DNA of 63,802 nt, the filler included, from Chrysochromulina tobinii (taxonomy: Eukaryota): NCBI GenBank assembly GCA_001275005.1. It is 12 parts of 12 records of this genome, joined end to end, with 100 filler letters (N's around TTAATTAATTAA, not from the genome) between each part and the next. Parts side by side here need not be neighbours in the genome. Positions count along the whole stretch, not along the records: positions 1 to 11,914 come from JWZX01000305.1; 11 more parts are not named here. One strand, given 5' to 3'. The first letter of the stretch is position 1. Every line of letters starts with the position of its first letter. Below, in pieces: positions 1-11,355 of the stretch. A model generated the notes under the pieces. The model was given only the letters and a program-made list of their open reading frames with translations. It did no database searches and was not told the origin of the DNA. The position numbers and the translations under genes were made by a program.

Positions 1-2
1 TA

Positions 3-983
3 GCCGCCGCGGTCGCCGCCACCGTAGCCGCGGTCGCCGCCGCCGTAGCCGCCGCCGCCGTAGCCGCCGCCGCGGTCGCCGCCGCCGTAGCCGCCGCCGC
101 GGTCGCCGCCGTAGCCGCCGCCGTAGCTGCCTCGGTCGCCGGCGCGGTCGCGCTCGCCGCCGCTGCCTCTGCGGTCATCGGATTCGGATTTTGTGCTCCA
201 GCTGAAGGTGGTCGCCGCAGTGCCCGAGGGCGCGCCGCCGCCGACAGCATAGCTAGGGCGCTCCGTTGGGCGATCCGCAGGGCGTGCCGACGCCGCGGCG
301 GATGGCGCGGCGACTGTGGCAGCGCCGCTCGTACTGGCCGCAGCACGGCCCGATGCTTGGACAGCCTGGCCCTTGCCACCGGCGCGCGTCGAGCCGAGGC
401 CACCGCCGAGCCGGCGCGGCCGCCAGTTGCGCACCGTCCGGCCGCGCTCGACGTCGACGAGCACGCGCCGGCCGTCTATCTTCTTCGCGTCGCCTTGCTT
501 GTACGCGACCTTCATGTCGCGCTCGTGCTCATACTCGATGAAGCTGTAGCCGCGCGACTTGCCTGTGGCCGTGTCCTTGACGATCTGGACCGACTTGATC
601 GGGCCGGACTGCTCAAACTCCTTGCGCAGCGTCGCCTCCGTTGTCGAGTGGTCCATGCGTGCTACGAAGATGGTCTTGTACGGGTCCGCCGACTTGCCTT
701 CTACAGTGGCCGACGGGTCGTACGCGGCGATGAGCGGCTCGAGTCGCGCCTTGGCCGCAGCGGCCTTAGCCTCGCGCCTCCGGGCGCGCCGCTGCTCGAT
801 AGTTTCGACGGGCTGCGCAGGCGGTGTCTCCGCCGGGTCCTCAAACTGGTCGACATGCTGCGCAAAGCCCGTGTACGGCGGCATCTTGCGCTTCTCGAGC
901 GGCGGCTTGTAGTCGATTGGGACGCGCGGCGCAAAGAGCGCAAGGATGGAGGGCGGCAGCGCATGCGCGACAGCCGATGACAT
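3..983 (-). CDS. SNRNP70: U1 snRNP 70 kDa protein (3' end runs off the window)
   Basis: Translated by hand from the ATG at 983: LPPSILALFAPRVPIDYKPPLEKRKMPPYTG...DPYKTIFVARM...KSRGYSFIEYEHERDMKVAYK...IDGRRVLVDVERGRTVRNWRPRRLGGGLG, then a GGY/GGDR tail. Not in the ORF track because there is no stop in the window. Confidence 0.95.
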   Translation of the reverse strand, partial: MSSAVAHALPPSILALFAPRVPIDYKPPLEKRKMPPYTGFAQHVDQFEDPAETPPAQPVETIEQRRARRREAKAAAAKARLEPLIAAYDPSATVEGKSADPYKTIFVARMDHSTTEATLRKEFEQSGPIKSVQIVKDTATGKSRGYSFIEYEHERDMKVAYKQGDAKKIDGRRVLVDVERGRTVRNWRPRRLGGGLGSTRAGGKGQAVQASGRAAASTSGAATVAAPSAAASARPADRPTERPSYAVGGGAPSGTAATTFSWSTKSESDDRRGSGGERDRAGDRGSYGGGYGGDRGGGYGGGDRGGGYGGGGYGGGDRGYGGGDRGG

Positions 984-1377
984 CGCTTCCGGGCGAGCAG
1001 GCACGCACAAGCAGTCTTCCGAGCGCCTGAGAAGGACGATGCGTGGAGCGTGTCGTGAGCAACGTAGCCGATATGGGAAGCGTGGGTTAGTGGTCGCAGC
1101 AGCACTCAGCAGGCTGGGTGGGGGCAGGCAGCAGTAGGCTGTTCGCTGTGGCAGCCGGGCACGCGCGGGCGAGAGCACGCACGAGAAGCACGACGCTGCG
1201 AAGAGTGTGAAGTGCCTGTTCGAAACTTGATGCGAAGCTGCGAAGATAAAATCGACGTCACGTGGCACTCTTGTAGTTAGCGTGGCAATCGCTGGTACAT
1301 GTAAAAGTTTCCTCTCTGACGCTTGATTGCGCCTTTCGGGTTCCTCGTGGCTACAGCAAGCCTCGGAAGCCACGAAG

Positions 1378-2241
1378 ATGCGACTCTTTCGGACGCAAGC
1401 AGCTTCGCGCGCGCTGCTCGCCACGCGCTCGCCGTCGGCGCTCGCACGTCGACCCACACTGCTTTCGTGCGCTCGTCACTTATGTAAACCACCGACCGAG
1501 TCCAAGGCGGCCGCGGCTGCCAACGACAAAGCTGCCGAGGCTGCCGGCACTGCTGCCACGCCTCCGCCTCCGCCGCTGAACGATGAGCTCGCCACCACCC
1601 AGGAGGCCGAGGGCTCCGGTGGTGGCGGGCTCGCGATTCAGGATCATGAGGGCGCGAACCTGCCGCCGCTCGCCTTTGAGCCGGGCGTCGCCGGTGCTGC
1701 GCAGAAGGGCGTGTCCGCAATCGTGATCGCGTTTGGCGCAGTCGCGTTTGGCGCGTGCGCCTGGGGCATCTCGCTCGCACTCTTCCCGGGTGCCTCGTCC
1801 ACGCAGACCATCTACAGCGAGGCCTTTGAGAAGGTCAAGGTCGACCCGCTGATCGCCAACGGGCTAGGCTCACCACTGCGTGCGCATGGCATCGACCATG
1901 GCGGCGCCCGCGGCCGGCGCAACGAGATGGAGCGCTGGGACGACACCGAGGCCGGCCAGGATATCACGATCGTGCGCTTTGCCGTCTCGGGCCCCCAGGG
2001 CGCCGGCGCCGTGCTCGTGCAGGTGCCGCGACCGCGGCGTCGCGGCGAGTTCAAGTACATCATCTTCGAAAACCTGACCTGCCCCGCCTTCAAGCGGCGT
2101 CAGCTCGTGCACGTGCTCGACACGCGCGCCGACGAGGCGGCCGCGTACGAGGCCGAGGCGGCCGCTGCCCGAGCGGCCTCCGTGGCAGCCGCGGCGGCCA
2201 AGGCCGCGAGAGAAGCGCCGGCGGCAGCGCCAGCGGCGTGA
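1378..2241 (+). CDS. TIM21: TIM21-like mitochondrial inner-membrane import protein
   Basis: Arg/Ser/Ala-rich presequence, one TM segment (IVIAFGAVAFGACAWGISLALF), then IYSEAFEKVK...LGSPLRAHG...RGRRN...VRFAVSGPQGAG.V...EFKYIIFE. Confidence 0.75.
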   Translation: MRLFRTQAASRALLATRSPSALARRPTLLSCARHLCKPPTESKAAAAANDKAAEAAGTAATPPPPPLNDELATTQEAEGSGGGGLAIQDHEGANLPPLAFEPGVAGAAQKGVSAIVIAFGAVAFGACAWGISLALFPGASSTQTIYSEAFEKVKVDPLIANGLGSPLRAHGIDHGGARGRRNEMERWDDTEAGQDITIVRFAVSGPQGAGAVLVQVPRPRRRGEFKYIIFENLTCPAFKRRQLVHVLDTRADEAAAYEAEAAAARAASVAAAAAKAAREAPAAAPAA

Positions 2242-2420
2242 AATAACCTTCTCGTCGGAGGGGCCTCAAGTTTCTGAGAGAAGTCCTCAGTTGCGGGTTT
2301 ATCTGTGGTTTGTGATGACGTGTGGGCGTTCCAAACTCGAAAATCTCGCATGGCTTGACTTGAATAGTCTTGACGAGATGCCGTCGGAAGCCTTCGGACG
2401 CGACGAGGAAGCTCGTGAGT

Positions 2421-3221
2421 ATGGCCCAGCTGCCCATCGCCTTCGGTGGCCCACCAAATGCTCGTGGCCTGGCCGTATTGTGCGGTTGGGGAGGCTCGAC
2501 TCTCAAAAATGTCTGCAAGTACGCGAGCGTGTGGCACAAGCTCGGCTGGCGCACGGCGACTGCGGCCATGTCCATCGACATGACCTTCTTTCCCGGCTCA
2601 TGGACGCCCGCCAATGAGGTGGCGCGCACTCTTGCGAAGGAGTGCCGCTTGCATCGGGAGCGCCATGGACCCGACGCATTGATCGCGTCTCATGCGCTTA
2701 GCAATGGTGGTGTCATGCTGATGCTCTCTGTACTCGAGGAGGCGTCTTCGGACGAGCCCGTCCGCTTTGACGGCGCAGTATACGACAGCGCACCGTCATC
2801 GAAGCATCTTCCCCTGCCCATGGGGGCACCATTGATCATCATCTCTGCTGGCTTGCCAGCTGCGGAGACGGCCAAGTCGCTTGCTTTACATGTCCCCTAC
2901 TGCTTGTTCACGTCTTTGTTGTTTCCGATTCGCACACCGCCACCCCCGATTGGCCTGTTCCCGAAGCTCTTCGGCATCGAAACGAACCCTCCACGACCCG
3001 AGCTCTTCATCTACGGCGAGGAGGACCGGCTCATTCCGCCGGACCAGGTGGAGGCCTTCATCAGTCTGCGCGTGGCTCAGGGAAGTGCGGTGCAGACTAG
3101 CGGACGCCTCGCCTGCTCTCCGCACGTGAGCCATCTGAGGTCGTACCCTGAAGTGTACGAGAAGGCCTTGGCCAGCTTTGCTGCCTCCCTCGAAAACCCT
3201 CGCCCAGTCTCCAGGTTATGA
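2421..3221 (+). CDS. DUF829/TMEM53-like alpha/beta-hydrolase-fold protein
   Basis: VLCGWGGSTLKNVCKYA, HALSNGG, VYDSAP, LFIYGEEDRLIP and SPHVSHLRSYPEVY motifs. Confidence 0.8.
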   Translation: MAQLPIAFGGPPNARGLAVLCGWGGSTLKNVCKYASVWHKLGWRTATAAMSIDMTFFPGSWTPANEVARTLAKECRLHRERHGPDALIASHALSNGGVMLMLSVLEEASSDEPVRFDGAVYDSAPSSKHLPLPMGAPLIIISAGLPAAETAKSLALHVPYCLFTSLLFPIRTPPPPIGLFPKLFGIETNPPRPELFIYGEEDRLIPPDQVEAFISLRVAQGSAVQTSGRLACSPHVSHLRSYPEVYEKALASFAASLENPRPVSRL

Positions 3222-3530
3222 GTGTCGCATGTGGGGTGCTCCCTGGAGGAGAAGAGGCGCGGCGACTCGGGCGTCGGCGGGACGTTCCGCGCATTGGGCG
3301 GCGGGACGGGGAGCAGAAGGGGAGAGACTGGCGAGCCAAAAATACGTATAACATAAACCCCCATGTTCAACTCGTAGTGCGACTATCGGCGCCGTGTTGC
3401 GTGTACGTTGCCTAAATTCAAAATTGCAGCCGCCGCACGTGCGCATTGCGCATGGCCGCCGTGCGCCGCCGTTTCGTTGCGCGGCGTCATCCGTCACTCA
3501 TAATCAGAGCAATAAAAACATAATCACGGT

Positions 3531-4580
3531 TCACGCAGCCGGCTGCCGGGGGGCTCCATCCTCGCCATGTCTCCACCAAGTGCGGCTCCGACACAACGGA
3601 TGCCGTTCGGGTGCGTCGGCCTGCCTTCGGAGAGATGGATGACGCCACAGAGGAGCCGTGCACATCGTACGCTTCCATGGCCACGATTTGGGCTCCTGGT
3701 AGATGGCCCCGACCCCGGCTCCCTTGAGCAGCTCGAGCAGCGTGTGGCACGGCAGCCGGCCACCCGAGTGGCACTCCCACACCAACACATCGATCAGCTG
3801 AGCGACGGCCGGAAGAGCTGCGAGCGCCGGCACGAGGGTCTGCTCCGACCCTTCCACATCCAATTTGAGCAGCAGGAAATCCTGCGGCACGAACGAGCGC
3901 TTTATCCAGCGGACCAGGTCAATCACCGGAACCGAGTACAGTCGGCTGCCTTGATGCTGCCTTGATGCTGCCATGAACGCGCGGGGGGACATTAAACCAC
4001 CTCTCAGCAGAGCCTCCGATGACCCAGACAGCTCGATGGTGCCATTACGGTCGCCCACAGCGGCAGGTACGAATGTGTACGAGTTGCGCTCATACAAGGG
4101 GCATTTGTGCGCTGCGGAGTCCATCCGTGCCTTTATTGCCTTGTTGCTCAGTCGCCGTACTTGCGAGGCGCTGCGCTCTAGCGCGTGGAGTTGTGGCCGC
4201 GCCGCGGCCAAGATGCAGTCAAATCGAGCGTTGCCGGGCATCGTGCAATTGTAGGCGGCACCGGACCTGTAGAGCTCCGCGCTTGAGCCAGCCACTGAGT
4301 CGATAGGCGGCCTCGGCAGGGGTTGGCCTGCATCAAGTGCATCTGTGCAGTTCTGAGCGTACAAAGCAATGATCGGCGAGGCCTCAAACCCGAAGACTAC
4401 CCACGGGGTGTGTGCATGAAAGGAAATCTGCTGCTGCCGCATGTGCTCCTGTGCGAGAGTGCGGTTCTCCGGTCCCGGCAGCGCGTCATGAAGTTGGATG
4501 GTGTTGCACCAATTCACGCCGGCGTCGATGTACACGTTACGTGGCGAAGAGCACCTACTAGGTGGATGGAGGGCGCGCAC
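3531..4580 (-). CDS. FkbM-like SAM-dependent methyltransferase
   Basis: VYIDAGVN, VFGFEASP, AAVGDRNG and LLKLDVEGSE motifs; start uncertain. Confidence 0.65.
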   Translation of the reverse strand: MRALHPPSRCSSPRNVYIDAGVNWCNTIQLHDALPGPENRTLAQEHMRQQQISFHAHTPWVVFGFEASPIIALYAQNCTDALDAGQPLPRPPIDSVAGSSAELYRSGAAYNCTMPGNARFDCILAAARPQLHALERSASQVRRLSNKAIKARMDSAAHKCPLYERNSYTFVPAAVGDRNGTIELSGSSEALLRGGLMSPRAFMAASRQHQGSRLYSVPVIDLVRWIKRSFVPQDFLLLKLDVEGSEQTLVPALAALPAVAQLIDVLVWECHSGGRLPCHTLLELLKGAGVGAIYQEPKSWPWKRTMCTAPLWRHPSLRRQADAPERHPLCRSRTWWRHGEDGAPRQPAA

Positions 4581-4866
4581 TCAGCTCTGGGCAAAACTAC
4601 CTTAAAGGTGGCAAATAGATTGGCAAGTAGCATGGCATGTAGCCAACGAGGCGGCGCGTTGACGAGGCGGTGGCGCACCGCATTAATACTTGGGAGTTCG
4701 CGGGCAGCCGGACACTGCATGCAATTTTCCTCTCAATCACATCGTCTGCAACAAATTCTGGAACCGCGGGTGCACACAATTCGATGCGCGAGCGCTGCCG
4801 AGAGCGCTCGACGCGACGCGGATTCCCGCCGAAAGAGACACGACGAAAGACTTCCGCGGAGGCCGA

Positions 4867-6120
4867 ATGAAGCTCAAGCGCTTTCTGCTGCGCTACTTCC
4901 CGCCGGGCATCATCCTCGAGTACCAACGGGGCGAGGAGCTGCTGCAGAAGAACGTCGACCTGCTAGACCTCACGCCGGGGACTGACGTTGAGGACCTCAT
5001 CGACCGTATCGTGCGGGATGAGGAGCTCATCTCCGAGAATCGTAAGCCGCAGCTGCGCAAGCTCATCTTCAAGCTCATCGAGAAGCTGGACACCGAGGAA
5101 TTGCCGCAAAACTTCTATCTCTTCAAGATCCTGCGCGCGCACATCTTGCCGCTCACGAACTGCGCGTTCAACAAGTCGGGCGATCGCTTCATCACTGGCA
5201 GCTACGACCGCACCTGCAAGGTGTGGAACACGCTCACGGGCGAGGAGCTGCTCACGCTCGAGGGCCACAAAAACGTGGTGTACGCCATTGCCTTCAACAA
5301 CCCGTGGGGCGACAAGATCGTGACGGGCTCGTTCGACAAGACAGCCAAGATATGGAATTCGGAGACTGGCGAGTTGCTGCAAACGCTGCGCGGGCATTCG
5401 ACCGAGATCGTGTGCCTGAGCTTCGACCCGTCGGGCGACATCGTGGCGACGGGCTCGATGGACTCGACCGCCAAGCTTTGGAGCGTCGCCACCGGCGAGG
5501 AGCTCTACACCCTTATGGGTCACACGGCGGAGATAGTGTCGCTCAACTTCTCGTCCGACGGCACGCTGATGCTCACCGGCTCCTTTGACCACACCACGAA
5601 GGTTTGGGACGTGGCCACCGGCCAGTGCCTGCACACGCTCGCGGGCCACCGGGGCGAGATTTCGTCCACTCAGTTCAACTACACGGGCGACCTCGCGATC
5701 TCGGGCAGCATCGACCGAACGTGCAAAATCTGGAATGTGAAGACGGGGCAGTGCATCAACACGCTGCGCGGCCACAATGACGAGATCCTCGACGTGGCCT
5801 TCTCGACGAGCGGCGACAAGCTCGTGACAGCCTCCGCCGACGGCACCGCTCGAGTGTATAGCACGCTGCAGGGTGCATGCCAGGCCATCTGCATTGGCCA
5901 TGAAGGAGAAATCTCGAAGGTGAGCTTCAACCCGCAGGGCAACAAGATCATCACCGCGAGCTCCGACCGCACGTGCCGCATATGGGACGTCGAGACGGGC
6001 GACTGCAAGCAGGTGCTCGAGGGGCACACGGATGAGATCTTCTCGGCCGCTTTCAACTATGAGGGCGATACCATCATCACCGGCTCCAAGGACAACACGT
6101 GCCGCATCTGGAAATGCTGA
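4867..6120 (+). CDS. DAW1: Dynein assembly factor with WD repeats (ODA16/WDR69)
   Basis: [20 protein letters not shown]-terminus, [32 protein letters not shown], eight WD40 repeats ending [11 protein letters not shown]. Confidence 0.95.
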   Translation: MKLKRFLLRYFPPGIILEYQRGEELLQKNVDLLDLTPGTDVEDLIDRIVRDEELISENRKPQLRKLIFKLIEKLDTEELPQNFYLFKILRAHILPLTNCAFNKSGDRFITGSYDRTCKVWNTLTGEELLTLEGHKNVVYAIAFNNPWGDKIVTGSFDKTAKIWNSETGELLQTLRGHSTEIVCLSFDPSGDIVATGSMDSTAKLWSVATGEELYTLMGHTAEIVSLNFSSDGTLMLTGSFDHTTKVWDVATGQCLHTLAGHRGEISSTQFNYTGDLAISGSIDRTCKIWNVKTGQCINTLRGHNDEILDVAFSTSGDKLVTASADGTARVYSTLQGACQAICIGHEGEISKVSFNPQGNKIITASSDRTCRIWDVETGDCKQVLEGHTDEIFSAAFNYEGDTIITGSKDNTCRIWKC

Positions 6121-6852
6121 CACACACGAGAGGAGTCGCCCAGTGCAAGCAGCGCCCGCCGAGCGTGCGTGCTCGGGGCACGGCGAGACGGCGTGGGTGT
6201 CGACGTAATCTGCTCCCTCGACTCTCGTGCGGCGAGCCGACGACGCAGAGAGACACCGCACGACAGACTTACACGTCCTACGCACCTGTATTCCCCGAAA
6301 AGGGAAAAGTGAGCCGAGCGAGCTAGCTCGGCTCAAGAGTGTGACGTTGACCCAAGTGCTCAATGGAATACATGTTGCATGCTTGTGCGCGCGCAGTGGC
6401 GGGTGGTATGAAAAAAGAAAGTGAACACCGAAGTACATATTTAAGGTCACTGGTCTTCAACAAGACGGTCGGGGACGACACCCGCGGCAAGACCGCACGA
6501 CAACGTCAACGACACCACGCACATCGAAGCACGAATCCGCAGGGTCATTCACGCAATTTCGGTTTGTGAATGAACTGAACTGAACTGTGAAATGGCCTGA
6601 ATTGTATTGTATTGTCTTCACAGCTGTGCTGCTTACGTGTTGTGTGTATTAACATGAAATGAAGAGAGGCCGTTCAGGTTTGTGTGTCTGAAGAAAGTTG
6701 GTTGGATGGTGCTCCTTGAGGCGACGCAGACATCCGCGAGAGCGCGTCGAACCGACCGAACCGCCATCGGCTTGGAGGACCACGACTACCTCTACGCAAT
6801 CAGGTTCACCGCAAGCATACCGTGCGCTTTACGCGCGGCACGCAATTATTCG

Positions 6853-7767
6853 ATGCAGCTGCGGCCGGCCCCATCGGTGTCAGTGGGCCCGCCCGTGGTT
6901 GCTGAGCACGAGCAACTGCGCTCGGAGGTCAGCGATCTGGTGTTCAATGTGCTCAACTCGGCGAATGCCAGCAGTAGCAGTAGCAGCCCTCGCCACAAGA
7001 TGTCGCCACGGCGGACGCACTTTGTCCACACGATGCTGCCGCCACGGCCCGCTTTGCCACGCGTTGGCACGGCCGATGCCAAGGGCGGCTCACGACCATG
7101 GGTGCCCACGGACGCAGCCAATCGTGCGGTTGATGCCGTTCCCGTTCCCACCAACACCGCCAATTGTGTCGACGTCATCACGCCAACGCCGAGTGCCGTC
7201 GCCAATGAGGGCTGGGCAAACACAGCCCTCATCCACAGCCCCCGTAGCACGCATTGCTCGCGGCATCGGCTGGCGAGGCGGCCGCCACCGCCACAGCGCA
7301 GCATGGACGGCGTGCTAGCCATGCTACCAGCCGACGCCCCGGCCCATCTCCTCGTCGAGCTCGCCTCCAACCTCACCCGCGCCACCACTTCCGTCGGTGG
7401 CGAGGAGGCTTTGATGGGCATCCATCAGGGCATCCAGGCGGCCTACCGTCCTGCAGCGCTCGAGGAGGAGGGTGTGGGTGACGAACCTGACGAACCCCAC
7501 GGCAGCACTCCTCGCGAGTCCGTCGGCGCACTCGCGGCGCCCGCGTGCGCGGCGACTTTGAGTAGCGACGGCGAAGCCTCGCCGACCGCCTTCGCCGCCT
7601 GGTTGACACAGCTGCAGTCGCGGGACACGAGTCTTGTCGGGGCAGTCCGTGAACGCAAGGAAGGAGAGTTGAGAGGACGCGAGGGCTCGGTCAACTTTAC
7701 GCCCGGGCCGATCTCGCGATGGGGCGACTTTGAGATTGTGAATGGGGAGGTTCAGTATACAATCTAG
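6853..7767 (+). CDS. hypothetical low-complexity protein
   Basis: Long open frame (6682-7767) with first ATG in GC-rich sequence at 6853; no recognisable domain. Confidence 0.45.
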   Translation: MQLRPAPSVSVGPPVVAEHEQLRSEVSDLVFNVLNSANASSSSSSPRHKMSPRRTHFVHTMLPPRPALPRVGTADAKGGSRPWVPTDAANRAVDAVPVPTNTANCVDVITPTPSAVANEGWANTALIHSPRSTHCSRHRLARRPPPPQRSMDGVLAMLPADAPAHLLVELASNLTRATTSVGGEEALMGIHQGIQAAYRPAALEEEGVGDEPDEPHGSTPRESVGALAAPACAATLSSDGEASPTAFAAWLTQLQSRDTSLVGAVRERKEGELRGREGSVNFTPGPISRWGDFEIVNGEVQYTI

Positions 7768-7956
7768 ATTGGTGCGTTTTCAATCGTGCCGTGCAGCAGG
7801 ACGGTATCTAATTTAGTCGTCTAGAGGTAGCGGCGCGCAGTCCGGAGTGCGCCGGACGTTCAGTGACGCGGCTCGCGATCTTGTCGCGGCACGCGCACAG
7901 GCGAGGGGCGTCAGCGGGTCGACGTTAAGGTCGACGACGACGTGGCTGCTTGACCG

Positions 7957-8104
7957 GCGCGAGATTTTGACCTAGCAAGGGGGAGGGTTTCACTACTCAG
8001 GTAGTTACCCTATGGTGTTTCAACACTGTGGGGCGCGAGATTTTGACCTAGGGGGAGGGTTTCACTACTCAGGTAGTTACCCTATTAGGCGTGTTTCAAC
8101 ACAG
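7957..8104. repeat. imperfect ~75-bp tandem duplication
   Basis: GCGCGAGATTTTGACCTAG..GGGGAGGGTTTCACTACTCAGGTAGTTACCCTAT..GTGTTTCAACAC occurs twice. Confidence 0.8.
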
Positions 8105-8395
8105 TGTTGACGTGTGCTCCTCGTACCTCGAAACGAAACAACAAGCGTACAAGCTTCAACGTTCAAGCTCTAGAAGTTTACGACCACACTCTTTTTTCGC
8201 GTCGGCACGCGACCGGACCGGGTAGGTATTGCGCCGCCTTGAGGCACACACGTCACGGTCTCCAGTGACCGCGTCGCGCGTTTCGCGGATTGCGGGCATC
8301 TTACCGGTACACCCTGGGGTCCGACTCGCTCCCGAGTAAATGCGTAGTACCCCCCTCTCCCCCCCATTGGAGCGTGGACCACTGTCCCTGGTGAT

Positions 8396-9011
8396 CTACT
8401 TCACCTCGTGAACACCATATCGATCGATAACAACAGTAGTGCGACCATTTTCGACCACCTCAACCACGTCGTGAGCACTGTCGTCATCGCTGTCATCGAA
8501 GAGCTGCTCCTCGTGTGTTGTCGGGTGATGTCGCCTATATCCGTGGTTCAGCGCTGCATTCGAGGGCTCCTCCCGCCTCAAAGGTAGCGGGTTCAGCGCA
8601 GACGGGTCGTTGATCCGGCGCGAAGCAGCGCACGAAGGGCAGCGCAGGTCCTGTGTGGGGCACGCGCGTGAGCCACAGCAGAGGCATTGCGTCAAGTAGC
8701 CCTCCGAGCGAGTTGCATGGGCGAGCTGCTTGCGCCGGTTGAGTGCCTTCGCCATGGTGGCCTCATCATCCGAGGCGCCCTCGTTGTCGCCGCCGATGGC
8801 CGCCGCACCGCCGTCGGCATCGACGTCATCGCCCATGCAAGCCCCCTCCGGGATACCGACGCCGCCGCCACCTCCGCCTCCGCTGCCACCGCCGCCGCCC
8901 CCCCGTTTGTTCTTCTTTCCACCACGCCTGCTCTTCTTGGCCCCTCCGCCATTGCCGCCGCCGCCACCCTCGCCGCCGCCGCTGCCCTCACCTGCACCCT
9001 CGCTGATCCCG

Positions 9012-9049
<38 letters not shown>

Positions 9050-10066
9050 CGTCACGACGCCCATCTCGCTCAGCAGCCGCGCAGCGAGAGCGCTCTTCCC
9101 GCCCTGCTCGCGCGTCGAGTCCACAGCGCTCGGCACAGCGCTCGTCGCCACGATGGCCCCAGCACTCAGCGCCGCCTCTGCAAAGACCTGCTTGCCCTTC
9201 TTCTTGCCTCCCCCTCCGCCACCGCCGCCGCCGCCGCCGCGGCCGCCGCCGCCGCCGCCCTTGCTCGCTTGTTCCTCGACAGCAAGCTCCGCGAGCAGCG
9301 CCTCGGCCGCCGCGTTCGCCTTTGCCTCCTTGTCCTTGAGCATCGCTGCCAGCTTGCGCTCGTGCTCGGCTTTCTCGGTGGCATCGAACTCGCGCAGCAC
9401 CAGCTCGCATGCCTTGGCCTTGAGAGTGACGGCCTCCATGAGCGGCGTGCGCCCGTCGCGCTTGAGCGTCCGATTCGCGCCGGCCATGCACAGCGCACGC
9501 ACCGAGCCCTCGCGCTTACTCTCCACAGCAAAGTGCAGCGGGGTCGCCCCGTTGGGCTGCTGCGCATTGATGTTCGCCTTCGCACGCACCAGCAGCTTGA
9601 TCACCTTGGCGCAATCAGCCCATGCGGCCGCATGCAACGACGTGCTGCCCCAATCGCTCTGCGCGCTAATGTCCGCCTTGCTCTGCAGCAGGAACGAGCA
9701 GCAGTCGGCGTGCCCGTTGGCCGCTGCGAACGCCAACGCCGTGTTGCCATTCTCTCCGCGCGTGTCCGGGTTGGCCTTCTTGGCGATGAGGGAGGTCAAC
9801 GTCGCCAAGTCGCCGCGCTCCGCCGCCTCGCACAGTTCGGGCATCGGCTTGAAGTAGCAGCCCTCGCCCGACTCGATCATCTGAACCTTGCGCTGCATAT
9901 CGCGTTCCATCTTATCGACGGCCGCCTCGAGGTCACTCGCCGTACTCTGCTCCTTTGTAAGTGCCAGGTGGCTGAGAATTTCCTCGCGGGACACTGCCTT
10001 ACCTCGCCTCACGCGCTCGATGAAACCGAGCTCCTCGACGCCCTGCGCACTCGTGGTTGGCGGCAT
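8396..10066 (-). CDS. ankyrin-repeat protein with coiled coil, poly-Gly tracts and a C-terminal Cys cluster
   Basis: About four ankyrin repeats (NGNTALAFAAANGH, WGSTSLHAAAW, NGATPLHFAV, DGRTPLMEAV) and CLCC...C...CPSC; start could be 10165. Confidence 0.8.
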
Positions 10067-10302
10067 CGCGACCCCACAGCGGTGTGGCACCACGGTGTAG
10101 AGGTGGTGTCTTGGGTGTCGAATTCTAAACATAGGCTGTGAACGATGGCCTGGTTGAGCATACATGCTGGAGGAGCGCCTATTCGAATGACCTTATGCAA
10201 AGATTCCAACCGTTCGGTTTTTATAAAAAAGCGAGTAACGCGTGGCCGTGTCAGGAAAAAGCGAGCGAGACGAGCTGAAAAGCGAGCGTACCCTCTCGTC
10301 GG

Positions 10303-11355
10303 ATGCCGCTGCCCCCAAGCTGCCCCGGCGGGAGCTTTTATCCTGTGACGCTCACCACTCAAACCTGGGCGAATGAGATCAGCGTCAAGATCGATGGCGT
10401 TGCAATCACCTCGGGAACGCTGGCCGACTACCATATGTACACGTACTCGCGCTGCCTCACCCCTGGATCGCACACACTCGTCCTTGTAGACTCTGTGGGG
10501 GACGGCTGGCACGGAGGGTACGTGACGATCAACGGCGTCAACTACGGCGCGACCTTCACCGCTGGGTACTCGCAGACGCACACGTTCTATGTCGGCCCAT
10601 CGCCACCGCCGCCATCGCCCTCCCCCTCGCCGCCATCACCCTCACCACCGCCACCATCGCCGCCATCGCCGCCATCGCCGCCATCGCGGCCGCCGCCCTC
10701 GCCTCCGCCGCCCTCGCAGCCAGTTCCGCTCGTGTCACCGTGGGCACTTGAACTGGCAGTAGAGACGAGCGGCATCGATGTTTCAATCGTCATCATCATC
10801 GCCCTCGCCCTCGCCCTCGCCCTCGCCCTCGTCTTCATGTGCCTTCGTCGCCGTCTGGTGACGTTCGTTTCAGGGGGCACGAAGCTCTACCACCAAACAG
10901 ATGTTGCGACCGCCAAAATCATCCTTCAGACGCAGCAGATGAAGCCAGGGAATGTTGGGGTGGCTGGGGGTGGCATCTACTTTGCCACGACTCCTGAGCT
11001 CACGGGCCACAAGGCGCACAGGCACGGCGTGATCCTGGAGGCGACGGTTGCCCTAGGTTCGATCCACACCCTTGAGGCCGCCGGGGACCCCAACATGACG
11101 CTGCAGAAGCTCCAGTCCTTGGGCTATGACTCCGTATGCATCGCCCGGCCCGTTTCGAGAGGCCAGGAGTACGTCGTGTACGACCCGAAGCAGGTGTTGA
11201 GCATCCGCTGGCATGCACCAGCCTCTCCCCCTCGTGCGCGTGCGCCGTGCGCCGCCGGCTGCGGCTTCTTCGGCAGCACCGACACTGGTGGCATGTGCTC
11301 TAAGTGCTACGAGGTCAAAGAGATCGGAACCAATGTGAGACAACCGCATACCTAG
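10303..11355 (+). CDS. single-pass membrane protein: DSxGDGW beta domain, Pro-rich stalk, TM, PARP/Gig2-like ADP-ribosyltransferase domain, A20 zinc finger
   Basis: LVDSVGDGWHGG; SPPP stalk; TM about 10780-10845 followed by RRR; LYHQT...GGGIYFA...GVILEATVALG...GYDSV...QEYVVYDPKQV; CAAGCGFFGSTDTGGMCSKCY. Confidence 0.8.
   Translation: MPLPPSCPGGSFYPVTLTTQTWANEISVKIDGVAITSGTLADYHMYTYSRCLTPGSHTLVLVDSVGDGWHGGYVTINGVNYGATFTAGYSQTHTFYVGPSPPPPSPSPSPPSPSPPPPSPPSPPSPPSRPPPSPPPPSQPVPLVSPWALELAVETSGIDVSIVIIIALALALALALVFMCLRRRLVTFVSGGTKLYHQTDVATAKIILQTQQMKPGNVGVAGGGIYFATTPELTGHKAHRHGVILEATVALGSIHTLEAAGDPNMTLQKLQSLGYDSVCIARPVSRGQEYVVYDPKQVLSIRWHAPASPPRARAPCAAGCGFFGSTDTGGMCSKCYEVKEIGTNVRQPHT

Noticed and set aside
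4963..6450. Long antisense ORFs (495 aa here; also 8687-10141, 12916-14433, 357-980)
   Set aside because: Shadow frames of GC-rich real genes on the other strand.
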